NCBI GenBank assembly: GCA_038087875.1
Contig: CM075993.1
Coordinates: forward strand, 5,520,001-5,584,000
DNA length: 64,000 bases
Direction of reading: 5' to 3'
From: Malacoraja senta
Lineage: Eukaryota
Shown here: positions 47,777 to 59,760 of the stretch, piece after piece
Position numbering within the stretch: the stretch's first letter is position 1
How the letters are laid out: each line of letters starts with the position of its first letter
Notes under the pieces: generated by a model
Told to the model about the DNA's origin: nothing
Seen by the model: the letters and a program-made list of their open reading frames with translations, nothing else
The model's database searches: none
Made by a program: the position numbers and the translations under genes

Positions 47777-47855
47777 AACTCGTTGGTCTAGGGGTATGAT
47801 TCTCACTTTGGGTGCAAGAGGTCTCAGGTCCCAGGTTCAAATCCCAGAAGAGCCC
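47777..47855 (+). pseudogene. tRNA-Pro(TGG) pseudogene
   Basis: CTCGTTGGTCTAGGGGTATGATTCTCACTTTGGGTGCAAGAGGT..GGTTCAAATCCC..GAGCCC matches vertebrate tRNA-Pro, with a 7-nt duplication and CpG decay. Confidence 0.85.
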
Positions 47856-48441
47856 TTGTTTGCATGGATAAGACAGGTTTAGAGGGATATGGGCCAAACG
47901 GGGGCAAATGCTTGGATGGGGCATCTTGGTTAGCATAGACGTGTTGGGGTAAAGAGCCTGTTTCTGTGCTGTATAACTCTATTACTGCTCTTTGTGGCAG
48001 ATTTCAACCATCTCTTCAAGTGCTTACTGACCTCTCCTGAACAACCTGTCTCTCACTTTATGTTACGTGTACCTATACTGGATATCGATCCGCTCCGACA
48101 CCGATGTTTAGATTTCAGTTTATTATCGTCACGTGTACCAGCGGACAGTGAATGGCTATGTTTGGCAGGCTATCCAAACCTATCAGACACACAATAATAG
48201 CTACAATCAGTTCGAGCTTGAGTGCAATAGGTAGAGCAAAGGGTAAGATACAGAGTGCAGAATATAGTTCTCAGCATTGTAGAGCGTCAGTTCTAGAGAC
48301 AAACTCCAATGTCTACAATGGGGTAGAGGTGAATTAGGCAGTACCCTAGCTTATGGAAGGACTGTTCAAAAGCCTGATAACTGAGGGGAAGAAGCTGTTC
48401 CTGGGAATGGAGAAATGGTTTGATATCCTCACAACTCCTTA

Positions 48442-48769
48442 TGGGCCTGTCCCACTTGGCGATTTTTTAGGCAACTGCCAGCGACTGTCATAGTCGTAGC
48501 AGGTCGCCGAAAAACCGGCGACAACCTACGTCATCCTGGCGACAACCTACGGCAGCACCGGCGTCAGGAGAAGTCAAGCGACGCTCATTGGCGACAAACC
48601 CACTGTCGGCGAAATTTTTTCAACGTGTTGAAAATTTAGCGGCAACCAGAAAGACGCTACGACTTTTTGCGCAACTGAGGAGACGACTCCCGGCGACCAC
48701 TGGCGAACATGTGGCGACAAACTAGTCGCCTGTAGTTGCCTAAAAAATCACCTAAGTGGGACAGGCCCG
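48442..48769. mobile_element. Harbinger-like MITE
   Basis: TTA target duplication; TIR GGGCCTGTCCCACTT. Confidence 0.8.
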
Positions 48770-48877
48770 TTAGTTTGGACATCCCAGAGAATAAAAGGCC
48801 AGTGGTTGCCTCTCATAGTCTACACCCCGAGGCCAGGTTGCACGTGATGCTGAAGGTGACAGTTTATTCCAGGTTAC

Positions 48878-49055
48878 CTGTAGGTAGTACTGCAGGTTGT
48901 CCACAAGGAACGCCATGTGGTTCCTCACTCTCCACTTGACCACGTCCGTCTGGTTGTATTTGAGGCGCTTGCGCTGCATCTGCACGGCCCAGCAGTGCTG
49001 CAGCTCCGCCTGCACCCTCCGCACGCTCAGCAGGTACTTGAACACAATGTTGTAC
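48878..49055 (-). CDS. TUBGCP4: TUBGCP4 exon
   Basis: YNIVFKYLLSVRRVQAELQHCWAVQMQRKRLKYNQTDVVKWRVRNHMAFLVDNLQYYLQ; 178 nt. Confidence 0.98.
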
Positions 49056-49098
49056 CTGACGGAGGGAATGGGGTGAGAAACAATGTTGAAAACTGGAA

Positions 49099-49667
49099 AG
49101 GCTCTGTCTCACGGTGTTGCGGTCATCGGCGGTGAAGCGCGGCTTCGCCTGTAGAGGGGACCGCACGGCAACGGCGAGAGCGCCGAGCCTATGCCACGGG
49201 AGCGCCGCACGGGTGCTGCGCTGGGGCCGAGTGATTTAAATACGGCTGGTCCCACGAGCTTGCGGTAAGTAAAAGAAAAGGGCGGGCCGACTGCGATGAC
49301 GTCATTTTGGATCTGCGGGGCTGTGGCGGCGGCCGTCCTGATCGCAGCGCTGTAGCGGTGGCTATGGCGGCGGCCGTGCCGTACACGTGCCTCACTGGCG
49401 GAGGCTGTGGCGGTGCAAGTTCGACGCACGGCGCTCGAGCCACACTGGCGGCGGCCGTGCCGCACTCGTGCCTCACTGGCGGAGGCTGTGCGGTAGGGAC
49501 ATATTTTTGAACAGTGTTGGTTTTATTTTAGCACCGTGCGGTGTTGGGAACAACGCCGCACGGCCCCGGAATTGTGCGTTTGACCGAATGCGCGGTCTAT
49601 GGCGGCCCAGGAGCGGTAGATTCTTCCTGTTTCGCCGCCAATGACCGCAGACTCGTGAGACAGGCCT
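49099..49667. mobile_element. CpG-rich non-autonomous TIR element
   Basis: Imperfect TIRs GGCTCTGTCTCACG..TGCGGTCATCGGCGG / CCGCCAATGACCGCA..CGTGAGACAGGCC; internal ~44-bp direct repeat. Confidence 0.7.
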
Positions 49668-49972
49668 TGAACATAACCTGAGCTACCAGTCTCTCCCATC
49701 CACAAGCGCGGCACAGTGATAGTGCAACTGCCTTACTGCGCCAGAAATCCAGGTTCGATCCCGACTACGGGTGCTATCTGTACAGAGTTTGTACATTCTC
49801 CCTGTGACTGCGTGGGTTTTCTCCGATTTTCTCCCACACTCCAAAGACGCACAGGTTTGCAGGTTAACTGGCTTCAGTAAAATTGTAAATTGTCCCTGGT
49901 GTGTCGGATAGTGTTAGTGTACGGGGTGATCGCTGGTTGGCGCAGACTGGGTGGGCAGAATGGCCTGTTTCT

Positions 49973-50205
49973 GTGCCTGTCCCACTTGCCGATTTTTTCG
50001 GTGACTGCCGGCGTCATTGACTGACGTATCAGGGTCGCCGAAAGATTTTGAACATTTCAAAATCCAGCGGCGACAAAAAAAATGTTGCGACACTTGAGGA
50101 AACACCACGCGTCAATACGTCATCACGCCGCGTCACGCCGGTGACCTGATACGTCAGTGAATGATGCCGGCAGTCGCCGAAAAAATCGCCAAGTGGGACA
50201 GGCCC
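49973..50205. mobile_element. Harbinger-like MITE inserted in a SINE tail
   Basis: GCCTGTCCCACTTG / CAAGTGGGACAGGC TIRs. Confidence 0.75.
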
Positions 50206-50753
50206 ATATCTCTAAAGTCTAAAGGGCACAGATTCAATAGACAATAGACAATAGGTACAGGAGTAGGCCATTTGGCCCTTCGAGCCAGCACCGCCATTCA
50301 ATGTGATCATGGCTGATCATCCCCTGATTCGAACCTGAATGAGGCAAAGCTGCATCAACTCTTCTTTGCCTCTCCACAGATGCGGACTAACCTGCTGAGT
50401 CTTCCAGCTACTGTGCTGTGTTTGATTCACTGCCTGTACTGAGTGGTTCCTCTCAACTAGAGCACGGTACAAACTATAACACTGGCCAAGCTTGGAAGGA
50501 GAAGGAAGTCATGGTGGAAGGCACATGAATCAATGCTGGAAGAAGCTGGGCACAGAGTATCCACCAGGCACTCAACCACAAGACATGCTTGCCAACCTTG
50601 ATCAGCTTGGTCAGATACACTTGCGGGATTCCCAGCTTGGTTGAATACTGGATAGTTGCCAATCATGAGGATTGTGACCAACTTTACGGCTGTGCAGAAG
50701 GAGGAAAAGCAAGAGGGGAAAATAAACAGCAGCAATTCGTACGGTAAACTTAC

Positions 50754-50883
50754 TTTTCCAGCACAGCGGGGCTGAACAAGATGTGCAAAGGCCACTGCAC
50801 TTTGTACGAGAGACCCAGAGCTGACCAGCCTGACGTCGGGGCTTCACGAGGGGAAGCTGATGCATCACGACTCTGTGTTGAAT
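50754..50883 (-). CDS. TUBGCP4: TUBGCP4 exon
   Basis: (D)STQSRDASASPREAPTSGWSALGLSYKVQWPLHILFSPAVLE(K); 130 nt. Confidence 0.95.
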
Positions 50884-52264
50884 CTACATGTGAATGGGGT
50901 TGGGAGGAACATGCAAAAAGAAAGGGAAAAATCTATAATGACAACCAAAACTAGGCAAGCGGAATGAAAGCACAACAATATGCATCAGACAGGTTTAGAG
51001 GGATATGGGTCAAATGCAGGCAGGTGGGCCTAGTGTAGATGGGACATGTTGGTTGGTGTGGACAAGTTAGGCCGAAGGGCCTTTTTCCACACTGTATGAC
51101 TCTATGACCCTAATTAAATGTCTTGGGGGATGAGCAGAGGCGAGCATTAATAACCTATTGTTGTAAAAACTCTTCTGGGTCACCGATAACCTCTGAGGAA
51201 GGGAAGCGTTGACCATAACTGCTCGCTTACACGCAACACCAAACATTGATGACAGGGCAACAAATCAGCACAGCCTTCTCAGAGGCAATTATGAACAGAC
51301 ATTAAACATGGCTTACAACATAGCGGGTAGGAAGGAACTGCAAATGCTGGTTTAAACCGAAGATCGACACAAAATGCTGGAGTGACTCAGCGGGACAGAC
51401 AGCAATCTGAATCTGAAGAAGGGTCTCGACCCAAAACGTCACTTATTCCTTCTATCAAGAGATGCTGCCTGTCCCGCTGAGTTACCCCAGCATTTTGTGT
51501 CTATCATGGCTTACAACACAACCGTGTTCCACGAGAGAATATAAAAAAAATTAACAACCAACCCTCTTACATAATATCATAACTAATAATAACAATAATA
51601 ATATATTTTATTGTCATTGCACATAGGTGCAACGAGATTTGGTATTCCGCTTCCATCCGATGTCATAACTTAAACAACTAATAACATTTAGATAAAATTT
51701 AAACCTCCCTGTACAAGGTATGTGCCGTTTTAACTACAGTATTCAGTAAATTTGGTCGGAAATAGTTTCTTGGTTCAGTTGACACACAACAAATGTAAAA
51801 AAATAGTGCATTGATATTTATGTCAAGGTTACTGGCTGATTTATTATTGACACCTGCAGAAATATACACACAAGTGTAGAGAACCTCCAGAACAGGCACA
51901 GTGTGGATTAAACACCAACTGCATCAAGGAGATGCCACTAGCCCTAAAAGACAAGGATGCAAGGGATAGTTCCACCTTCCTTGCTTCATTGCAGCTTGCG
52001 TAACTTTTTTTTCTGGGGCAGGTAGGCAATTTGTGCCAGTCAAACAACACATGCTGTGGCTCAGGGCTGCGTTCAACGCACACAGTGGACAAAATGCGTA
52101 GGAAGGAACCGCAGATGCTGGTTTAAATCGAAGATAGACGCAAATTGCAGGAGTAACTCAGCGGGACGGGCAGCATCTCTGGAGCGAAGGAAAGGGATTG
52201 GGCAAGAACGGTGAATCACCACCAGCGACACTTGTTGCTGTGTTCTCTACAACTAGTGGCACAG

Positions 52265-52845
52265 AAGGCGGATGATATACTTGCCTTCATTGCTCGGGGC
52301 ATTGCATGTATGAGTCTGGAAGTACTGGTGCAGCTCTGAAGGCCGCATTCGAGTGCAGGTCTGGTCGCCCCATTACAGGAAAGATATAGAGGGTGTGAAG
52401 GAGGTTTACTAGAACGCTGACTGGATTAGAGGGTTTCACCTGCAAGAAGAGGTTGGATAAACTTGGAACACTGGAGGTTGAGGGGAGACTTTATAGAAGT
52501 ATATAAAATTCTGAGAGGCATAGATAGGGTAGACAGTCAGAATCTTTTTCCCAGGGAGGAAATGTCCAACATATCTGGAATAGCAATAAGGTGAGAGGGG
52601 GGAAACTTTAATGGAGATGTGGGGAGCAAGTTTTTTTTACACAGAGAGTGGTGGGGCCTGGAATGCATTAGCAGGGGTGGTGGTGGAGGCAGATATGATG
52701 GCGGCATTTATGAGACTGTTAGATAGGCACATGGAAGTGCAGGAATAGAGGGATATGGATCATGTACATGCAGATTAGATCAGTTTAACGGCATCATGTC
52801 GGCTCAAACATCGTGGGCTGAAGGGCCTGTTCCTTTGCTGTACAG
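52265..52845 (+). mobile_element. Old degenerate CR1 fragment (similar relics about 24393-25220, 47000-47980, 55600-56070, 56450-57530)
   Basis: Recognisable CR1 3' motifs with many indels. Confidence 0.7.
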
Positions 52846-53191
52846 TTTAGTTTAAGTTTAGAGATACAGCAGGGAAACAGGCCCTTCTGCCCACCGAGTC
52901 CGCACCGACCAGCTATCCCCGCACATTAACACTATCCTACACACTAGGGACAATTTACATTTCTACTAAGCCAATGAACCTACAAACCTGTACGTCTTTG
53001 GAGTGTGGGAGGGAACCGGAGATCTCAGAGAAAACCCACGCAGGTCACGGGGAGAACGTACAAACTCCGTACACACAAGCACCTGTAGTCAGGATCGAAC
53101 CTCTACGCCACCGTGCCCCCCCTCTTCTACGTACTATCCATTATGTAACATTTACATAGACAGAACACAAGAGACGTGTGAACCCATCTAC

Positions 53192-53299
53192 CTTTGGGGT
53201 TTTTCCCATGGTACTCAACAGTGAGGTGCAGGAGCGGGAGAAGATTGTCGTCATCCAACAGGACTCTGTGTGCGGATTTCTGGAACGCGACGTTAACAT
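53192..53299 (-). CDS. TUBGCP4: TUBGCP4 exon
   Basis: (D)VNVAFQKSAHRVLLDDDNLLPLLHLTVEYHGKNPK; 108 nt. Confidence 0.97.
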
Positions 53300-53594
53300 C
53301 TGTAATGTAGTCAGAGATGAGAGAGTTAGAGAGGCCAGAGAGGATAAAACAACGTAGATACGTTTTTTCTTTAAACTCTTCTTTTGCTGCGGTTATTTAA
53401 AAGGATTTAAATTACATATTTTAATAATATAACAGCATAAGAACATGAGAATAAGAAACCTCGTTCGTTCCACCTCCGCTCCAGTAGTTTAAGCACCCTT
53501 TCCCAAATAATCCCCATCTCCCACGAGTTGTTTTAACATCCTACTCCTCTATTAATAATTGGAGCCATTCCTTCCAATTATTCGCCTTATTTAC

Positions 53595-53700
53595 CATGTT
53601 CGGTGACTGCTGTTGGTGGAGTCTTTAATAAATGCTGTGCACTGTCGATGAAGGCCTGAAATAGTTCACCTCGACCCAGCAGGTAGAAATCTTTGATTAT
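53595..53700 (-). CDS. TUBGCP4: TUBGCP4 exon
   Basis: IIKDFYLLGRGELFQAFIDSAQHLLKTPPTAVTEH; 106 nt. Confidence 0.98.
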
Positions 53701-54987
53701 CTGGAATAGAGCACAGGATAAATACAAGATACATGATACATTTATTTGTCACATGTACCAATTGGTACAGTGAAATGTGTGGTCGCCATACAGCCATACG
53801 AATAATAAAGAGCACAGAACACGATAGTCTTTAACATAGACATCCCCACACAGCGGGATCAAAGTTTCCCCACTGTGAGGGAAGGCTCCAAATTTCAGTC
53901 ATCCTCCTCCGTTGTCCTCCCGTGGTCGTGGGGCTGCCGAACCCCCCGCTGTCGCCGCTACGGGCGGCCCGATGTTCAGGCCCGCTCGCCGTGGTGATGG
54001 AAGTCCGACGTCGGCACTGGAGGACATCCTCCGCGGCTTGGACATCCGAATCGGCCACCTCCTACCGGAGTCCGCAGTTCCCGGTCCACAGGCGGAGATT
54101 CAACGCTGGTGGCCCTCGGCAAAGGCCCCCAGGACTGCTCGATGTTGAAGTCAGCGCCGGCCGCGTTGGAAGCACTTCAAACCCCCAGCTCCGATGTTAA
54201 AGCAGCAGGCCCAACACTCCGGAGTTAAATGTAACAGCACTTGGTGCTAATCCATAGTTTTGAAGTCAATGGTTTTTACCATCAAGGCGTGGAAAAGATA
54301 AATGCTCCATTTTGATTTTAAGCCCTGCCCAAAGGACAAATGATTCTTGCTGAGAAACACAAAATGAAGACCCGAGGCACAGAGTAAAGAATAACTCGCG
54401 AGGGAAATATCTCTTATAAAGAGGGGAACCTAACATGGGAAATAAACCAGAATTAAACACATCCTTTGTGTAGGTCTTCATAGAGAACAGAATAAACCCT
54501 CAGGAATACAAAAGAACCAAGGGGTTTGTGGGTGGTTACGGTGGCACAGCGGTAGAGTTGCTGCCTTACAGCACCGGAGACCCAGGTTCGATCCTGACTA
54601 CGGGCGCTGTCTGTACAGAGTTTGTACGTTCTCCCCGTGACCTGCATGGGTTTTCTCCGAGATCTTCGGTTTCCTCCCACACTCCAAAGATGTACAGGTT
54701 TGTAGGTTGATTGGCTTGGTAAATATCCCTAGTGGGTGTAGGATACTGCTAATGTGCGGGGATCGCTGGTCGGCGCTGACCCGGTGGGCCAAAGGGCCTG
54801 TTTCTGCGCTGTATCTCTAAACTAAAAACTAAACTTGTGCAAATAACGAAAGGTATAGTAAAAATAACTACTAGAGATATTAATGGGCTTGAAAACTAAA
54901 AAATGTCATGACTTGATAATCTGCATCCCAGAGTTTTGAAAGAGGTGGCTAGAATTAATGGATGTACTGGATTACCTAAAAAGGGAT

Positions 54988-55548
54988 ATCAAGTCAAGTC
55001 AAGTCAAGTGAGTTTATTGTCATGTGTCCCTGGTAGGACAATGAAATTCTTGCTTTGCTTGAGCACAACAGAACATAGTAGGCATTTACTACAAGGCATT
55101 CTATAAATATATACACAATGGTCAATATACTGATAAAGTGCAAATAACAGTATTGGCTAGTAAAGTTCAGTGTTATGTCCGAGCCAGGTTTAATAGCCTG
55201 ATGGCTGTGGGGAAGTAGCTGTTCCTGAACCTGGTCGTTGCAGTCTTCAGGCTCCTGTACCTTCTACCTGAAGGTAGTAGGGAGATGAGTGTGTGGCCAG
55301 GATGGTGTGGGTCCTTGATGATGCTGCCAGCCTTTTTGAGGCAGCGACTGTGGTAGATCCCCTCGATGGAAGGGAGGTCAGAGCTGATGATGGACTGGGC
55401 AGTGTTTACTACTTTTTGTAGTCTTTTCCTCTCCAGGGCACTCAAGTTGCCGAACCAAGCCACGATGCAACCGGTCAGCATGCTCTCTACTGTGCACCTG
55501 TAGAAGTTAGAGAGAGTCCTCCTTGACAAACCGACTCTCCGTAATCTT
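54988..55548 (-). mobile_element. Rex1/Babar-like LINE 3' fragment
   Basis: LSNFYRCTVESMLTGCIVAWFG..FPTAIRLLN; (CTTGA)n tail. Confidence 0.85.
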
Positions 55549-58009
55549 ATCATATACTTGTTACAAAGGAAGTGTACCAAAGATATACTTGTTACAAAGG
55601 AAGTGTAGCAAAGATTTACCAGACTAGTTCCTGGAAGGCAGTGCGTCACATGAGGAGAGATCGAGGAGGTTGGGCCTCTCTTCGCTCTACCTCAGAAAAA
55701 TGGATGACCTCATTGAAATGTGCAAAAAGGACTTGACTGGGTAGATACAGGAAGGACTTCTCCTGGGTGAGGAGTCAGAAACTAGTGGTCAGCCTCTAAA
55801 ATAACGAGTAGGCCATTTAAGACCGAAATGTAAGAGGAATCTCTTCACCCAGTGTGGTGAGCCTTTGGCCTTCTTCACACCAGAGGAATGGGGAGACTCA
55901 GTCACTGTGATCAAAACTGAGATCAATAGATTTAATCAATGGGTCTTCCTGAAACTGTATGGATCTTAAAGGGACAGGGAAATAAAGCAGGAAAATGGGT
56001 GCTTGAGATAGAAGCTCACCATAATCCTGTCAAAGCCTCAAGGGGTCAAAAGGTTTAGATCTGCTCCTGTTTATATAAATGATTGAAAATGGTAAGAACA
56101 AATTGAGAGTTCTAAAGGGAAAACAGCTTTATCTCTTGTCATTTAGAGAGTGAACTATTAAGCCACAGTTACGATAGAATGATATCTGCTTGGCTTTTGA
56201 GAATCAAGTGGCAACCTGGTAGCTTTGAGAGAGACAGAAGTGGACTGGAGTTTAAACTTCCATTGTTGCTGCAACAAAGTGGAGCGTTCTCACTAGGCTT
56301 GGCCAGGATTAGACCTAGGTATGTGATGGTATCGTGGCCAAGCTTAGTCAGAACCCTGCACTGTGATGCAGCGCCAAAGACAGTTTAAGCTCCGAGCCAC
56401 AAAAACTCGGATAACTCGCAAAAACCTGGTAACTGCTTCAACGATGCTAACTGGTTGTAGAAGACATCGGTTAGGCTGCACTGGGATCATTGTGTTCAGT
56501 TTAGTCACCGTGTTATAAGAAAGAGCCCATTAGGGCTAGAAAGAGTGCAGAGAAGATTTACAAGGATGTGGCCACGAGGCGACACGAGGACCTGAACTAT
56601 AGGAAGAGTTGTTTAATAATAATAATAATAATGCATTTTATTTGCTGGCGCCTTTCTGGACACCCAAGGACACCTTACAGGAGATTAACAAATAAGAAAC
56701 ATATAATCGGAATAAAATAAATTATAAAGACATCACAATACACAAATTAAGGACAGAATTCATTCCAAAGGCACAAAAAAGAAAATCAGAAACACAATTT
56801 GAGGAGAGAGCAGCGGCAGCTAAACCGCGCCAGCGTCCACTCTCCCCTCCGTCCGCCATCTTGAACACAGACTAACAAAGACACAGCACACAAAAAGAAG
56901 GAACTGCAGATGCTGGAAAATCGAAGGTAGACAAAAATGCTGGAGAAACTCAGCGGGTGAGGCAGCATCTATGGAGTGAAGGAAATAGGCAACGTTTTGG
57001 GTCAAAACCCTTCGAAAAACTATAGGAAGAGGTTGGGTAGGCTAGGATTTTATTCCTTGGAGAGCAGGAGGCTGAGGAATCTTCTTGCATATGGCGTGCA
57101 CAGCCTAAAGTTGGAGGACAACTTGTTCCGTTTGATCTTATTTGATTGTGCACGCCGGGTTGATTGCATTCGTCGAAACAGGGCGGATTACGTGAAGGTT
57201 ACAATCTCCCACCCCAGCTGAGGGATGATCTTATAGAGGTGAATAAAATCACGAGGGGAATAGCTGGGGTGAATGCACACTTTTTCCCAGGGTACGGGAA
57301 TCAAGAACTAGAGGGTAACCTGAGGGGCAACTCTTTCACACAGAGGGTAGTGGGTAGATTGAACACGGTGCCAGAGGAAGTAGTTGCGGCATGTACAATA
57401 AACATTTTTTAAAAGGCATTTGGATGGGTACATGGAAAGAAAAACTGTAGGCAAATGGGATTAGCTTGGATCTTGGTTGGCATGGACGGACTGGGCCGGA
57501 GTCTATTTTTGTGCTGTGTGACACTATGACTATCACTTTAATTCTAATGCCTATGAACATTGTGGATAAAAAGAAAATTAATAAATGTTAACCATACTGG
57601 CATTAGGTTGAATCATTGACTCCCACATTAGATCAAATATAAAAAGTATCAGAATTTTTTTTAAATCAAGTAATAAAAGGTTTCACTGTAGGCGTGCACT
57701 CAGAGCGCAAGATCTATTTGGAAATTAGCTGTACCTACCCAGGAATCAACATTGAGTCACATTTATATAACTGTAAAGGTTTAGCAACATGTAAGCCTTG
57801 AAATAAACATTACATTCAGTGTAAATACAGTGGAAGCTTTTGGTTGCCGTGAGATATTAATAACCACGGGCCGTTCGTTACTGCATGCAGCAGCTCTTAT
57901 TCCACATGTATCTTACTTTGCAAATCTTAGCTCAATTAATGGAATCAGCTATTCTTCCATATTTAAAGACTTGTTTCTTTACATTTGGTACGTCAGGTGA
58001 TGGAGCTTA

Positions 58010-58225
58010 AGGGCCTGTCCCACTTGGCCGTCATTTGCGCGTAAATTACGCGACATCATTTACGCGTCACGACGCACGATGTGACACGCGCATGGTGCGC
58101 ATTACGCACGCATGGTGCGCGATGACATAGGCAGTGACGCGCAGCCGCGCAGGATTTTGTGATGTACAAAATCTTCGCGCGCCATATGCGTGATGCGCAA
58201 ATGACGGCCAAGTGGGACAGGCCCG
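58010..58225. mobile_element. Harbinger-like MITE
   Basis: TTA target duplication; ~30-bp TIRs GGGCCTGTCCCACTTGGCCGTCATTTGCGC. Confidence 0.8.
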
Positions 58226-58806
58226 TTAGTGCTGGAACTGAAGTCTGTAGAAGAACTGAAGTCTGTTGATCTCCCAGAAGAACTATAATGCATTTTTAAT
58301 GCAGAATAAAGGCCCGTCTATATGTCTTACTGCAACTGTGTTATTTTTCCATTCTTCCATCCACCAGCCTTTGATCTACTAAACGTTATTCCCTTATCAT
58401 GTAGCTGTACCCTGCGAACGTCTTGATTGTAATCATGTCTGGTCCTTCTGCTGGCTGCTGAGCTTGCAACAAAAGCTTTTCACTGTACCTCGGTACACGT
58501 GACAATAAAGTAAAATAAACCAAACCTTTTGTCTGTGTTGCCAATTCAAAACTCACTGATGAAAGAGTCAAACATTTGACCTTGGAGGGCAAAGGTTGGA
58601 GGGCAAAGGGGAATCCCACTGCCTCCAAGCCCCTCTCTTGACCATGCATCTTGCCAACGTGAAAATATACCAGCATGTCAACTGTGCCAAAGGCTCAAAG
58701 TTAAAATACTCACTAAAATCCAATTTCTGACCCAAAATCTGCAGATGCTGGAAACTTGAGCAAAACATAAAAGGCGGCACAGCTGGTAGAGCTGCTGCCT
58801 CACAGC

Positions 58807-59358
58807 TAATGTTCAAAGCAGCTAATCAGCAATTGCCTTGTAATATCCAGGGGTTCTTCCAACGGAGAGAAAGCAAACACAACCTAAGAGGAACCTATAT
58901 ATTCGAAAAACCGGCAATAAGAACTAATGCAAAACTCCATTGTGTTACAGCAAAGGGTGTTAGTCTCTGGAATAACTGCCATGATGAGCTGAAAAAATGT
59001 AAGACTCTATTCAAACTAAAAACACTCTTCAGAAACAAAAGATTGAATGGTTGTGAGCTGGACCAGTGATTTTCTTTTCTGTTTGGTTATTTCTTGTTTG
59101 TGGACTGTTCAACAAATTTTGGGTCCATTTGTTCCCATTATTTTGTTTTTCCATGAAAATGTATAGAAAATAAGAGGGGGTAGGACCAGAAAAGTTTTCG
59201 AACTTCTTCTTACCCCTTTTGAACATGAACGATATTATTTGTATTATTTGAGTCACTTATTTGTTTGTTTTCCTTTGTGTTTTATTTTCTTTTTTATTGC
59301 TTATAAGTTTATTTGTGTTTGTATTTTTTAACATGTTCAATAAAATAAGAACAAACAA
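58807..59358 (+). mobile_element. L2/Crack-like LINE 3' fragment nested in a SINE head
   Basis: HNLRG..RTNAKLHCVTAKGVSLWNN..KKCKTLFKLK; hairpin-bearing 3' UTR; ACAGC duplicated at both junctions. Confidence 0.7.
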
Positions 59359-59709
59359 ACAGCGCCAGAGATCTAGGTTTGATCCTGACCTCGGGTGCTG
59401 TCTGTGCGGAGTTTGCACGTTGTCCCTGTGACCGCGTGGGTTTCCTCCCACATTCAAAAGATGTGCGGGTTTGTAGGTGAATTGGCGTCTGTGAATTGCT
59501 GCTCGGGTGCAGGGAAGTGGGTGTGAAAGAGAGATAACATTGAACTCATGTGAACGGGTCATCGCTGGTCGGCGTGGACTCAGTGGCAGTATCTTTCATC
59601 CATCAACTCAACGGGTCAGGTAGCATTTGTGGACAAAGTGGGCAAGACTAGGTTTTGTGTCGGGACCCTTCATCAGACGGTCCAATTTCTGACCACTGTT
59701 CAGTCTCAC

Positions 59710-59760
59710 CTTAAGTTGTCCCAGCAGTCCTGCCTCTTCAACCACCAATTTCCACAGATG
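59710..59760 (-). CDS. TUBGCP4: TUBGCP4 exon
   Basis: HLWKLVVEEAGLLGQLK; 51 nt. Confidence 0.95.

Noticed and set aside
47777..47855. Functional tRNA-Pro gene
   Set aside because: Acceptor-stem mismatches, a 7-nt insertion and CpG decay
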